DNA of 64,000 bases, taken from NCBI RefSeq assembly GCF_036971445.1, contig NC_091477.1, positions 107,136,001 through 107,200,000 on the forward strand. Reading direction: 5' to 3'. A program made the translations under genes and the position numbers. Position 1 is the first letter of the stretch; the number at the start of each line of letters is the position of its first letter. Shown here piece by piece: positions 1 through 11,325 of this stretch. Source of the stretch: Narcine bancroftii. Taxonomy: Eukaryota. Below the pieces are notes generated by a model. It worked only from the letters and a program-made list of their open reading frames with translations, was not told the DNA's origin and did no database searches.

Positions 1-1334
1 GGGATGGGGAATTGAAATGGATGGCCACTGGAATATCCACACTAATATGGCAGACAGAGCTGTGAATGCTGTCAGTAACTTATCTCAGTAGCTACAGTAT
101 CATTGAGACATCTGAATTTTTACTCTGGGACCACATCACAAGATAAGGTGTCAGGGCCAAAGGCAACTTCTGTCTTTAGAGATAATCTTAAACTCACTGT
201 TTATGACCATTCATTCCCACCACTCCAAGTGGTTGGGAACCCCATTAAGAATTGATAAAGATATTCATTACAGCTTAAGAATAAATTGCTCTGTATCTTG
301 CTACATGCCTTTCAGAGAATCACTTTACTTCCCACTGCAGTGAAAGGGAATACTGCCATAGTCAAGGTCAGGCACTATAAAATAGATGAGTCCCTTTGGA
401 AAATACATTAACTGAGTTAATGAAAGCTGACTCAGGCGTTTGAGATTTTGGCCCAGGTATTGCAGTCAGCAGAAAAGGAATGGCACTTGTTAACACTATT
501 GCCATCTATCCTCTCAGTTACAGCAGACTTTGAAAATAGGACTTCTTTTAATTCAGCACCCCTTTTGTTCTCATTTTCAGTAATCTCCAAAGCATATTAT
601 ATTTTAAATTTAGACTTACAGCACAATAAACAGGCCCTTCCTGCCCATGAGCCCATGCCGCCAAATTACCTCTGAAAAATATACGTGACACTTGTGAGCA
701 GATCAAGAACAGAAGAACTCCTTGACTTGGAGGAATGGAGAATATCTTTATTGAGCCCAAATCTGAAGAAGGGGATTATGGAGAAATACAAATGATGAGA
801 TTTAAGTGATGTTGGAGAAGCAGGTTGATATATAGGACTAGGTGTTACAATCTCTGATGTTTCAGTATTGGTTAGATTGATCCACTCTTGTCGAGTTAGT
901 ACAGTCAATTACAATAATGAAGGATGACTATGAGGGTATTTTAACTGGTACCAGACACATCCTCAGTTATTCCCTTGTATCATTGGGTGTTTCAGCCATT
1001 TAAATACAAGACACCCTCTGCTAAGGCAGGCCCACCACTGACTGATTAGACCTAGATATGTGTCCCATATCTGTTTCTCCTAGTGGTAATTTGGAACCCA
1101 GGCAGGTCCCTCCTTTTTAGCCAGACCCAGTGACTGCTCATTTCAGCTGAGTTGGATCTGGATTGAATTGCCTTCTGAGGGTTTGCCCTGAGATTCCTAC
1201 TTCCCTTAGAGGCTTGATGATGGAGATGGCAACAAATCTTCTACAACCGACTTCAACCGGGTGAACCATCACTTTCCAGCCTCCTGCTTCTGTGGCAAGA
1301 TTAGTATATCTTAGTGTCTTCCGTTCTTGCGCCT

Positions 1335-2385
1335 CATGGTGGATAACTGTCTGTCAGGATGGAGGCCGGTGACGAGCAGTGTGCCTCAGGAATCGGTGTT
1401 GGGTCCTTTGTTGTTTGTCATTTGCATTAATGATTTGGATGATGGAGTGGTAAATTGGGTTAGCAAATATGCAGACGATACAAAAAAAGGGGGAGTTGTG
1501 GATAGTGAAGATGGGTTTCAAAGGCTGCAGAAGGATTTTGACGCTTAGAAGAGTGGGCAGAAAGATGGCAGATGGAGTTTAATGTAGATAAATGTGAAGT
1601 GCTTCATTTTGGGAAGAATAATCAAAACAGGATATATGCGGTGAAGGGGAGGACATTGAGGAATGCAGAGGAACAGAGAGATCTTGGAATAACGGTTCAT
1701 CGTTCTTTGAAGGTGGAATCTCACGTGGATAGAGTAGTGAAGAAGGCTTTTGGTATACTGACCTTTATAAATCAAAGCATAAAATATAGGAGTTGGGAAG
1801 TGATGTTGAGACTATACAAGGCATTGGTGAGGCCAAATTTGGAATACTGTGCAGTTCTGGTCCCCAAATCATAGGAAGGATATCAATAAGGTAGGTAGGG
1901 TGCAGAAAAGATTTACTAAATGTTGCCTGGATTGCAGTATCAAGAATGCAAAGAAAGATTATTACACTGGGTCTTCATTCATTGGAACGTAGAAGGTTGA
2001 AGGGGGGATTTGATAGAGGTATTTAAAATTATGAGGGGGATTGATAGAGTAGATATGAATAGGCTCTTCCCCTTGAGGGTAGGTGAGATTGGAACAAGGG
2101 GTCACGAGTTAAGGGTTAGGGGGCAAAAGTTTAGAGATATCATGAGAGGGAACTTCTTCATTGAGAGAGTTGTGGCTGAGTGGAATGACCTTCCGGAAAA
2201 GGTGGTTGCAGCAGGATCAATTTTATAATTTAAGAAGACGTTGGAAAGGTGCATGGATGTTAGGGGATTGTAGGGTGCAGGGTGCAGGTAAGTGGGACTA
2301 GAGGAGATCACTTAAACCAGTGCGGACTAGAGGGTCCAAGATGGCCTGCTTCTGTATTGTAATTGTTATGGTTACCGCTATATGT
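1335..2385 (+). mobile_element. CR1-clade LINE, 5'-truncated (RT C-terminal half plus 3' tail), frameshifted
   Basis: ORF pieces [61 protein letters not shown] and NFF.ERVV..WN.LP are CR1 ORF2 motifs; the element ends in a ttgttatgg-type tail. Confidence 0.93.
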
Positions 2386-2439
2386 AGACTTCCTTTTAAC
2401 TCAAAGTAAGATTAGTTTCTGTCTATTCTTCTGCTCTTC

Positions 2440-2625
2440 AATAAAGAATCCAATCATCCATGGTACCCTCCCAAGGAACTGTCAGTTCAATAATGAAGAC
2501 AATCTGCTGAGAGCTGGAACAGTGTACAAGATCAGGTCTCAGGTTGGTGCTAGCAATCTCCAGTGGAAAGATGAGTCGCTGGCCAAGGTCTACAAGCATT
2601 TTCCAGTCTCTGCCTGTGTTCACAA
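2440..2625 (-). mobile_element. Fragment of an RLE-endonuclease non-LTR retrotransposon (Hero/R2-group-like)
   Basis: The minus-strand translation WKMLVDLGQRLIFPLEIASTNLRPDLV....IVFIIELTVPWE contains the RPD...ELTVPWE restriction-like endonuclease motif. Confidence 0.8.
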
Positions 2626-2905
2626 AAAATCAGGAAAAACAGAAATGGCCAAGTAAGAAAAACATTTCTGAGGAAATGAGTCTGCACATTTGTAAAATTT
2701 AAATTTTCATGGTTAATGAGATTGTTCTTCTGTAAATAGAATTTTTATGCAGTTCAAATTAAAAGTAATTTGTGCCTGAGAACTGAGGATTGTTAGCAGA
2801 AGTCGCACTCAGCCATTTAGTAAGATCATGACTGATCTGGTCTTGACATCATCACTACCTTCATGGCCCCTAACTCCCCATTCCTTCCCTCTCCGCCTCG
2901 AACAT

Positions 2906-3120
2906 GGGTGGCACACTTAGCCTAGGGGGTGATCACAGTTAATATAGGGGGTGGCACAGTTAGCGTCGGGGTGACACAGTTAACACAGTTAGTGTAGGGG
3001 GCAGCATGCTTAGAGCAGGGGCAGCATGGTTAGCATAGAGAGTGGCATGATTAGCATATGGGATGGCACAGATAGAGCAAGGACGGACATTTAGCGTAGG
3101 GGGTACCACGGTTAGCATAG
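2906..3120 (+). repeat. Degenerate ~20-21 bp tandem array of the SINE 5' head (consensus ~ggggtggcacagttagcatag), about 10-11 units
   Basis: Repeated units gggtggcacacttagcctag, gggggtggcacagttagcgtc, gggcagcatggttagcatag and gggtaccacggttagcatag run directly into a SINE body. Confidence 0.8.
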
Positions 3121-3310
3121 CGCCAGTGACTGAGGTTCTAAATTGGCACTGTATGTTCTCCCCATGTCTGCATGGGTTTCCTCTGGGTGCTCTGGTTTCC
3201 TCCCATTCAAAACATATGGGGGTTGTAGGTCAATTGGGTGTAATTGACAGCACGGGCTCATGGGCTGGAAGGGTCTGTTACTGGGTTGAATGTCTTAATT
3301 TAATATTTAA
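3100..3310 (+). mobile_element. tRNA-derived V-SINE (HE1-like)
   Basis: Contains the V-domain-like core ttctccccatgtctgcatgggtttcctctgggtgctctggtttcctccca; related copies lie at 9.2, 50.8 and 57.1 kb. Confidence 0.8.
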
Positions 3311-3339
3311 ATTATTACATTTAAATTTAAACTAATAGT

Positions 3340-3760
3340 CATTGAAATTAACAGCATAGAAACAGGACCAATGGCCCAACTTATCCATGCTGATCAACCC
3401 AAGCTTGTCTCCAGTTGCCTGTGTTTGGCCCTTAACACTTTAAACCATTCCTATCCATGTACGTGTCCTAATATATATTATAAATATTAATATTGTACCT
3501 ACTTCTATCCCTTTCTCTTGGTGCTTGTACAAGAGTTGCATGTTGCCCCGAAGATCCCTTTTAAATTTTTCCCTTCTCATTTTAAATTTATGTTCTGGTT
3601 TTCAACTCCCCATACCGTGAAGAAAATATAATGACCTTATCTAAACTCCTCATGAAGACCGCTCAACCTCTTACACCCCAGGGAGAAAGGTTCTAGCCCA
3701 TCCAGCCTCTCCTTATAATTCAGGCCCCCAGTCATGGTGACATTCTTGTGAATCTTTTCT
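3340..3760 (-). mobile_element. Old CR1 3'-end fragment
   Basis: Reverse-complement similarity to the CR1 3' region (cagcatagaaacaggacc..ggccc; cagcctctccttataa). Confidence 0.65.
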
Positions 3761-4350
3761 GCCCCTGAATAAATATCAAATTACTCAAATTACATAGCCC
3801 TTTCGGGGAGAGAATTCCTAAGATTCATGACAAGAAAAGAAAACCATTCCCATTTTTGTTTGAAAGGGCAGGGCATGCATAGATTAGATTCTATGATGAG
3901 GGTAGCATTCTCCCCACATTTACCCTGTCAAGGACCCGCACAATCTCATTCTCAGAGACTCCAATGAATGCAGGCACAATCTGCTTCACCTTTTGACACA
4001 GGAGAACCCTTTCATTTTGGAACAATGAGCAAATACCTTTGGAGCAATTTAGCTGTCTGCTTGTTCTGATGTTTGGAATATTTCCTGAGGAGGAGAAAAC
4101 GACCTCTGACTGCAGCCTTTGCAGTTCCACACTTAACTGAGCATGTGAGTTTGCTGTCAATTTTTCTCCAGTATGAATGAGTATTACTGGCCTTACCATA
4201 TTTTTATTTGTAAAATTCTGCTCACCAGCAAACAAATGGGTGAAATTAAACCCGCTCTTTTCCTCTTTGTCACAAGATGGCACTATTGTGCTATGAATAA
4301 AAACAAGATTGGCTAAATCAGTGGTTTTCAAACATTTTCTTTCCACTCCC

Positions 4351-5505
4351 ATCTTTGGCTTGGCTTCGCGGACGAAGATTTATGGAGGGGTATGTCCACG
4401 TCTGTTGCAGGCTCGTTGGTGACTGACAAGTCCGATGCGGGACAGGCAGACACGGTTGCAGCGGTTGCAAGGGAAAATTGGTTGGTTGGGGTTGGGTGTT
4501 GGGTTTTTCCTCCTTTATCTTTTGTCAATGAGGTGGGCTCTGCGGTCTTCTTCAAAGGAGGTTGCTGCCCGCCGAACTGTGAGGCGCCAAGATGCATGGT
4601 TGGAGGCGATATCAGCCCACTGGCGGTGGTCAATGGGGCAGGCACCAAGAGATTTCTTTGAGCAGTCCTTGTACCTCTTCTTTGGTGCACCTCTGTCTCG
4701 GTGGACAGTGGAGAGCTCGCCATATAACACGATCTTGGGAAGGCGATGGTCCTCCATTCTGGAGACGTGACCCACCCAGCGCAGTTGGGTCTTCAGCAAC
4801 ATGGATTTGATGCTTGCGGACTCTGTCAGCTCGAGTACTTCGATGTTGGTGATGAAGTCATTCCAATGAATGTTGAGGATGGAGCAGAGACAGCGCTGGT
4901 GGAAGCGTTCTAGGAGCTGTAGGTGATGCCAGTAGAGGACCCATGATTCGGAGCCGAACAGAAGCATGGGTATGACAACAGCTCTGTACACGCTGATCTT
5001 TGTGTATTTCTTCAGGTGGTTGTTTTTCCAGACTCTTTTGTGTAGTCTTCCAAAGGCGCTATTTGCCTTGGTGAGTCTGTTGTCTATCTCTTTGTCGATC
5101 CTTGCATCAGATGAAATGGTACAGCCGAGGTAGGTAAACTGGTTGACCGTTTTGAGTTCAGTGTGCCCGATGGAGATGTGGGGGGGCTGGTGGTCATGGT
5201 GGGGAGCTGGCTAATGGAGGACCTCAGTTTTCCTCAGGCTGACTTCCAGGCCAAACATTTTGGCAGTTTCCGCAAAACAGGACATCATGCGCTGGAGAGT
5301 TGGCTCTGAATGGGCAACTAAAGCGGCATCGTCTGCAAAGAGTAGTTCACGGACAAGTTGCTCTTGTGTCTTGGTGTGAGCTTGCAGGCACCTCAGATTG
5401 AAGAGACTGCCATCTGTGCGGTACCGGATGTAAACACCGTCTTCATTGTTGAGGTCTTTATTGGCTGTTTCAGCATCATGCTGAAGAAGATAGTAAAGAG
5501 GGTTG
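4351..5505 (-). mobile_element. RTE-clade LINE, 5'-truncated, young
   Basis: ORF motifs LLFGSESW, QLRWVGHVSRMEDHRLPKIVLYGEL, RGAPKKRYKD and a C-terminal CxxC..IGLVSH zinc motif; highly similar to 18221-19581. Confidence 0.95.
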
Positions 5506-5549
5506 AAACCACCTTAAGTAATCACTATGCCATAGGTGTAGGCGTAGGT

Positions 5550-5776
5550 GTAGTTAAAAGTAAAGGTTCCATTATTGTCATTTAGAATGTTACATACATG
5601 AAATTCTTTAACATTTTGTCTACCATAAGGCAGACAGAGAGTCGCCACTTTGTCCAATGTCCCTCACAGAAATCTACAGCACCTGGTGTTCCTAGGCATT
5701 CTACCCTCCAAGTACTGACCAGTCCAGAGCCTGCTTAGCTTCCGAGATCAGACAATCCCAGGCATATTCAGGCAAT
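5550..5776 (-). mobile_element. 5S-rRNA-derived SINE (SINE3-type)
   Basis: The reverse complement of 5670-5772 reads cctgaatatgcctgggattgtctgatctcggaagctaagcaggctctggactggtcagtacttggagggtagaatgcctaggaacaccaggtgctgtagattt, matching 5S rRNA; a ~120-bp non-rRNA tail follows. Confidence 0.85.
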
Positions 5777-6609
5777 TAGGTGCTATAAGGGATAACTTCA
5801 TGTGGTATGTGAGTGGGAAGGGAAGGTTGAGAACCACTGCTCTGGACCCAATTGTTACTGAAATATTTTGCTTGAGAAAAATTTGTCATTAGCCCATTTG
5901 GAGTTATGAAACCGTGCACATAACAAGTCAATGAGGTACGATTAAAACGGTGGTTTTCAAACTTTTTTCTTTCCACTCACTTACCACCTTAAGCAATCCC
6001 TTACTAATCACAGAGCACCTCTGGCATGGGGATTACTTAAGGTAGAAAGTGAGTGGAAATAAAAGTTTGAAAACCACTGGGCTAAATGGTACAGTTCTAT
6101 AACATCACAGGAAATCAAATGTAGAGAACAGTGGCAATAACATATTGACTTTCACACATTCTACAACATTATCATATTGATTTAATTGCTCAGCACATGT
6201 CGCCAATCCTGTGTTGTAGCTTCATGATGTTGGCACCAGATATACAAGTTGTTTCCATGATGCTCTTAAGCAACATGTTACTGATGGAGGAGTGAGGGAT
6301 ATGACAGATCACCAGGCAAAGCCTGTTCTAGGACAGTCCTGCTGCTGTTAATGATCAGCAATATCTCATGGATGCCTTCTCTATATATTGCATTGTTAGA
6401 GGGTGGCCAAGGTAAAGAAATGAATTGGTCTCCATAGGGATTGTGCTATTTCCTCGTCTTTCCCAGTTTCCCAAAACTAGATCACACGTTTCCCTCTTCC
6501 ATGAACGGCCCTCCACATTATTTCAGAAGAAATGTTCCTGAACACATTTGTGCCCCTAAGCTGGCAGCGACCTCCAGGCATATTTGGTGCTTTAATTCCT
6601 GTTGACTCT

Positions 6610-8140
6610 TTGAAGGCTTTTAGTACACTCCCAGCAGGATGATCATGCCTTTCTTGTTCCTCAGCCCCACCCATATAGTTTCACTGGCTGTCCTGTTTGT
6701 AATGTCACCTCTGATTATTGCTGTGACATTCTCCTTAACCAATAACACAACACCCCCTCCTTTTTGCTCCCACCTCTGCCTTTCATGAAGCACCTGTACA
6801 CTGGAATGTTGAGCGGCCAGTTCTGCCACTGTCCCCTCTTAACCAGATTTCTGTAATAGGTACCACATCCCACTCACATGTTTATCCAAGCCCTTAATTG
6901 TCTGACAAGCCTCTAGCAATAACATAGACCCACTAAACTTTCTCTCATCACCCTCCATGCCAGCTTCTAACCTCTCACGTGACTCTCTCCTGCATAGGAT
7001 CTCAACCCCCTGCCAATCTAGTTTAAACTCACCTGTGTTGCAAAGCGACCTGCCTCCCAGGGCGTTGGTCCCTCTTTGATTCAAATGCAACATGCCCCTC
7101 TTGAACCAGTCATCTCTCACCCAGAAGGGATCCTAATGATCCAAAAACCTGAATCCCTTCCCCAGCTCCTCAGCCACAAATTTCATCTGGCCAACCTTCC
7201 TATTTCTGAGCTCATTAGCACGTGGCACCAGGAGTAATCCAGAGTTCATTACCCTTGAGACCTGGTTCTCAGCCTCTTACCTAACTGCCTATGCTCATTG
7301 TGCAGGACCTCATCCCTTACTCAACCTATGTGGTTTATACCAAAGTGTATCATGGCCTCTGGCTGTACACCCTTCCTCTTGAGAATGCTCTCCAAATGCT
7401 CAGTGGCATCCTTGATCCTGGCTCATGGGAGGCAGCACACAATCCTAACATCTCTTCACAGCCATAGGACCTCCTGTTCATCTCCCTACTGCTGCAGAAT
7501 TTCCTGTCTGTTCTACTAGCCATCAAGTCTCCTATCACTGTCGCCCAGCCATCCTGCCCTCTAACCTTCTGAGGATGAGAGCCAGTCACAGTGCCACTGA
7601 CCGGACCGCTGCTGCTACTTACCGCAAGTTTTTTTCTCTCTCTATATTGCACAGTTTGTTTGCATTCTTAAAATTTGTTTGCATGTATACGTATCTTATT
7701 GAGTAGAGTTTTTCTTCCACTACCAATAAGTACCAATTCTGTCTCACCCGCAGGACCAAGAATTTCATAATTGTATGTGATGTCATGTATGTGCTTTGAC
7801 AATAAATATGAAATCTGAAGTCATTCCCCCAACAGTATCCAAAGCGATCAACCTGTTAGTGAGGGGAATGGCCACAGGATACCCTGTACTGTTAGCTTAC
7901 TCCCTTTGCCTCTCCTGGTGGTCACCCATTTATCTGCCAGCTGACCCTTAGGTGTGACCACCACAGTGAACGACTGACTCATCCATGATTTTTTCAGCAT
8001 CCCAGATGATCCTGTTTCATCCAATTGCAGCCCCTGATCCTTGAGCGACAGATGGGTATGCCTCCCACAGATGTAGTCAGGAGAGAGGGCACAGGGATCC
8101 TTGACTTCCAACATCTGGCAGTAGGAACTTTCCATTGCCC
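6610..8140 (-). mobile_element. CR1 5' region (ORF1 zinc-finger-like and SGNH esterase parts, start of APE endonuclease), decayed
   Basis: Translations CQMLEVKDPC..PDYICG, WATVIGD, DWFKRGMLHLNQRGTNALGGR and KGGGVVLLVKEN..ETIWVGLRNKKG..ILLGVY. Confidence 0.8.
7615..7820 (+). mobile_element. Rex1/Babar LINE 3' tail nested in CR1
   Basis: Tail ..tttgcatgtatacgtatctt..cactaccaataag..tgacaataaatatgaaatctgaa matches the tail at 37550-37700. Confidence 0.6.
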
Positions 8141-8279
8141 TGTCTGCTATCCTGCCAACTAACTTTTAAGGTTCTTCCTCAGCTTTTACTCATTGAAACC
8201 CCTCGAGCCAAAGCCTCAAAATCCCCTTCTCACAAAGAACTACATCTACAATGGTCATTCCACAGTGGCTGCTCCACCT

Positions 8280-8880
8280 CTGGTTTTCTCTACACTGGAG
8301 AGGCTGGACACAGACTGGGAGATCGCTTCACTCAGCACCTTCACTCTGTCCGCATCAGTGACAGGAATCCCCCAGAGGCCAACCATTTCAATTCTGCTCC
8401 ACTCTCTCATGCTGACACGTTTGTCCACGGGCTTATGCACCGTCAAACCAAGACCACCTGTAAATTGGAGGAGAAACACCTCATTTTATATCTGGACACT
8501 CTCCAGCTGGCATTAACATAGACTTCTCTGGTTTCAGCTGGACCACTTATTCTTCTCACACTTTTCACCATCCCTCTGTCTTCTTTCCTGCAGCTCTTCA
8601 CCTCCTTCCCTCTCCATTTACAGAGTCATCCCTTCTCCCCTTGTTTGTAGGTGTGCTCTCCCTCCTTTATCCACCCATTACCTCCTGCCTGTGGGATTGT
8701 GCTCCTGCCCCGCCCCTTCAACCCCACCATTTTGTTCAGGTGCCTGCTGACCTTGATGAAGGGCTCAAGTCCGAAATATTGGTTTTACTATACAAACTAC
8801 TGTTTGACCTGCTGAGTTTCTCCGGCATTGTGCTTTTGCTTCAATCCATGAGGACTGCAGACGTTTGTGCTTCACTCCTG
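8280..8880 (+). mobile_element. Penelope-like element 3' end (GIY-YIG endonuclease and pLTR with hammerhead-like core)
   Basis: Translation LYTGEAGHRLGDRFTQHLHSVR..ANHFNS..KLEEKHLILYLDTLQ; core ttgatgaagggctcaagtccgaaa at 8753-8776. Confidence 0.88.
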
Positions 8881-9171
8881 CTCCACTTGAGCTATGTTCA
8901 ACATTTTTTTCATTGTCTTTAACATGCAAGAACACAGTTATCAACTAAGGGATAATGCCAAGAGATGGCTCCATTCCCCGGTTTCAAGCCTTTTGGGATC
9001 TGGAGCCAATGTTGCAGACTACTGCTGCTTCTTCGCGACTACGTAACACAGACACCCCTGGAGGGTTTTTAATGCCAGTGATACAAGATGCATTCAAGTT
9101 CAGGGATGGGTCTGCCTGGGACAGATTCTGTGATCATTACTGCTGTTAACTATTCAGTGAGATAACTGTTA

Positions 9172-9390
9172 AATTTTTTATTTAAGTTCAGACATACAGC
9201 ATCGTAACAGGCCCGTTTTGGCCCACAGGTCGTGCTGCCCAATTTTCACCTAATTAACCTACACCCCCGGTACATTTCGAACAGTGAGAGGAAATGGGAG
9301 CCCGGGTAGAACGTAAAAACTCCTTACAGACAACACGGGATTCGAACCCCCATCCCGAATGCTTATGTTAAGCCAACCGTGCCTCCCAGT
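9172..9390 (-). mobile_element. V-SINE copy, internally deleted
   Basis: Reverse complement of the 3100-3310 family; B-box-like ggggttcgaatccc on the minus strand. Confidence 0.7.
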
Positions 9391-9467
9391 TAGTTTAGCA
9401 CTTCCACAGATATGATCGGGGAGGACTTTGCAGAGCTGTTTGGACTGGTCAAATCAAGTTAACTTAA

Positions 9468-9755
9468 TGTCAAGTCAAATTTATTGTCATCTGATTGCAC
9501 CAGTACAACCCAACGAAACAGTGTTCTCTGGTCCTCAGTGCAAAACATGCAAACAAACAACCAGATATAACACACGTACAGACAAACAATACATATGCAG
9601 GATTCATTTTATATACATATACAGATAGATAGATAGATAAATAAATATTGTCATGTAAATATGAGAGTCTCGGATGGTTAGCAGATCTTTTGGTCATTCA
9701 GCATTCTCACTGCCTGTGGGAAGAAGCTGTTCCTCAATCTGGTGGTGTTGGTGAA
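9468..9755 (-). mobile_element. Rex1/Babar LINE 3' end
   Basis: Minus translation TTRLRNSFFPQAVRMLN; tail ..gatgacaataaatttgacttgac; similar to 40800-41068. Confidence 0.75.
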
Positions 9756-10582
9756 GCTGTGGACACATCCACATATAATGCATTTGTCACAGCTAAGCCA
9801 AATATTGACAGCTGGAATCTCAGTGGGAATATGTTCTCCATGCATGGCCTGATTCATGGGGATGAGACAGCTCACTATGGAAACGTGTGCACTGCATTTA
9901 GGTATCAGGAGTGAAACAACAGGCTAGTAAATGCACTTAACTCCTATCTATTCAAATGCTTTTCATTTGCTGGAGATCATTGCTGACACTCCATGAATTA
10001 TAGCTTTTTTTTCTCATGATTTAATAGGAAATCAAACAGCAAGCAAACATTTGCTGGGCAACCAGCCTTAGCTTTTGTTTGTCCAGAGTCCTGAGCAAAT
10101 GTTAAAGTGGAAAATAAGTGGCAGTATCAGGTAAGGCTGCTTCGTTCGTCTCTAAGCTTGAAAGATGCAGATAAAAAGAAGCAGATTAAAATTTCACAAT
10201 AACTACCTTGAAAATATTTAGAGCACAAATGGCATATTAATCATTCTGTAACTCTGTTAGCCTTTTGGGGCTTATTCATGAAATTTATTTCACTTGAAGT
10301 ATGTGTGATTTTAATCTCTCATCTCTTGCACACGGTCACACACCATGGCCAATAGAACTGGGTACCACTTCATATGTTTAAATTCACCTTCTAGTGTGCA
10401 AGTGAGATATGCATCATTTTGCTCTGTGTAATTAAACACAAATGCTCATCCACAGACTTTATGGCTTTATCAAGAAAGTTAAAATAAAGACAAATGATAC
10501 TCCACTTAATAAATAAATTACATGATATTGAATATTATGTTGCAATGAGATGTGAACACTGATGTATGTTAATTTGTACTTA

Positions 10583-11325
10583 CCATATTTGATAGCATAT
10601 ACAACCCGCACCCCCCCCCCCACTTTTTTCCCAAAATTTTTCTCAAAAACTACCCCGAGTCCTATACGCAAAGGTGGCACTTAGGTGCCGCCATTTTGGG
10701 CACCGAAATACAAAGTGCTCTATTTACTCACGCAGCTTCAAGAAGCCAGCGGACCAACTTCCCTCGGGTGGTCTGTGTTTTCTGGAGCCACTGCTGCTGC
10801 TCGTTTGCCCCGTGAGAAGGCCAACCTGCAGCATAACGGCCGTGTTTGTAGTACACGCCAATGGAACAATCGATCGCTTGCTTTGAGGGGAGCGCTAAGC
10901 CTTAGTTCGATAAGCACGATCCCCAAGCAAATTGAATGAGGCGTGGGGGTGGAGTGACTGTTCACTCACTGCCACCCCTTCCCCCACCCCACCTCCCTGT
11001 AACTTATTCAATTTGCTCTGGATGCCGGGCAAGTCGAACAAAGACTTGGTGTTTGCACGGTAGGGGGAGAAGCAGCTTGTGGTGGGTAGGAGGACACGTT
11101 GCTCATGTGCAAGGAGGCTTTGGCATCTCAGCTATGCAAGGTTCAAAGGTTTTCATCAAGGTGAGTGAAGGCACATACACACATACACACACATAATCTA
11201 CAAGGGGCCTTGCAGGAGGAACCCTTTCGCCAACTTACCAGCTACCCATATATCAAATTTTTCCTAAAAAGTTGGGCGGGGGGTAAATTATATGCCAATG
11301 GGGTCCTATATACTGTCAAATACAG
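10583..11325. mobile_element. Non-autonomous Tc1/mariner-superfamily (Tc2/pogo-like) DNA transposon
   Basis: Imperfect TIRs ccatatttgatagcatata / tatatactgtcaaatacag, each flanked by TA (10581-82, 11326-27); GC-rich non-coding core. Confidence 0.75.

Larger units (their letters stand above)
4319..6079. mobile_element. Compound non-autonomous hAT (Charlie-like) element: two ~130-bp MITE units around a ~110-bp spacer, with a nested RTE and a nested 5S-SINE
   Basis: Terminal inverted repeats cagtggttttcaaac / gtttgaaaaccactg; perfect 8-bp TSD GGCTAAAT at 4311-4318 and 6080-6087. Confidence 0.88.

Noticed and set aside
2906-3120. CRISPR-like array
   Set aside because: The units are contiguous and degenerate with no unique spacers, derive from a SINE head, and lie in a eukaryotic context with no cas genes.
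3891-4352. 153-aa minus-strand ORF as a gene
   Set aside because: It starts inside MITE/RTE sequence and has no recognisable domain or splice context.
5670-5772. Functional 5S rRNA gene
   Set aside because: The 5' end is missing, there are many substitutions, it is fused to a retroposon tail, and it is inserted inside a MITE.
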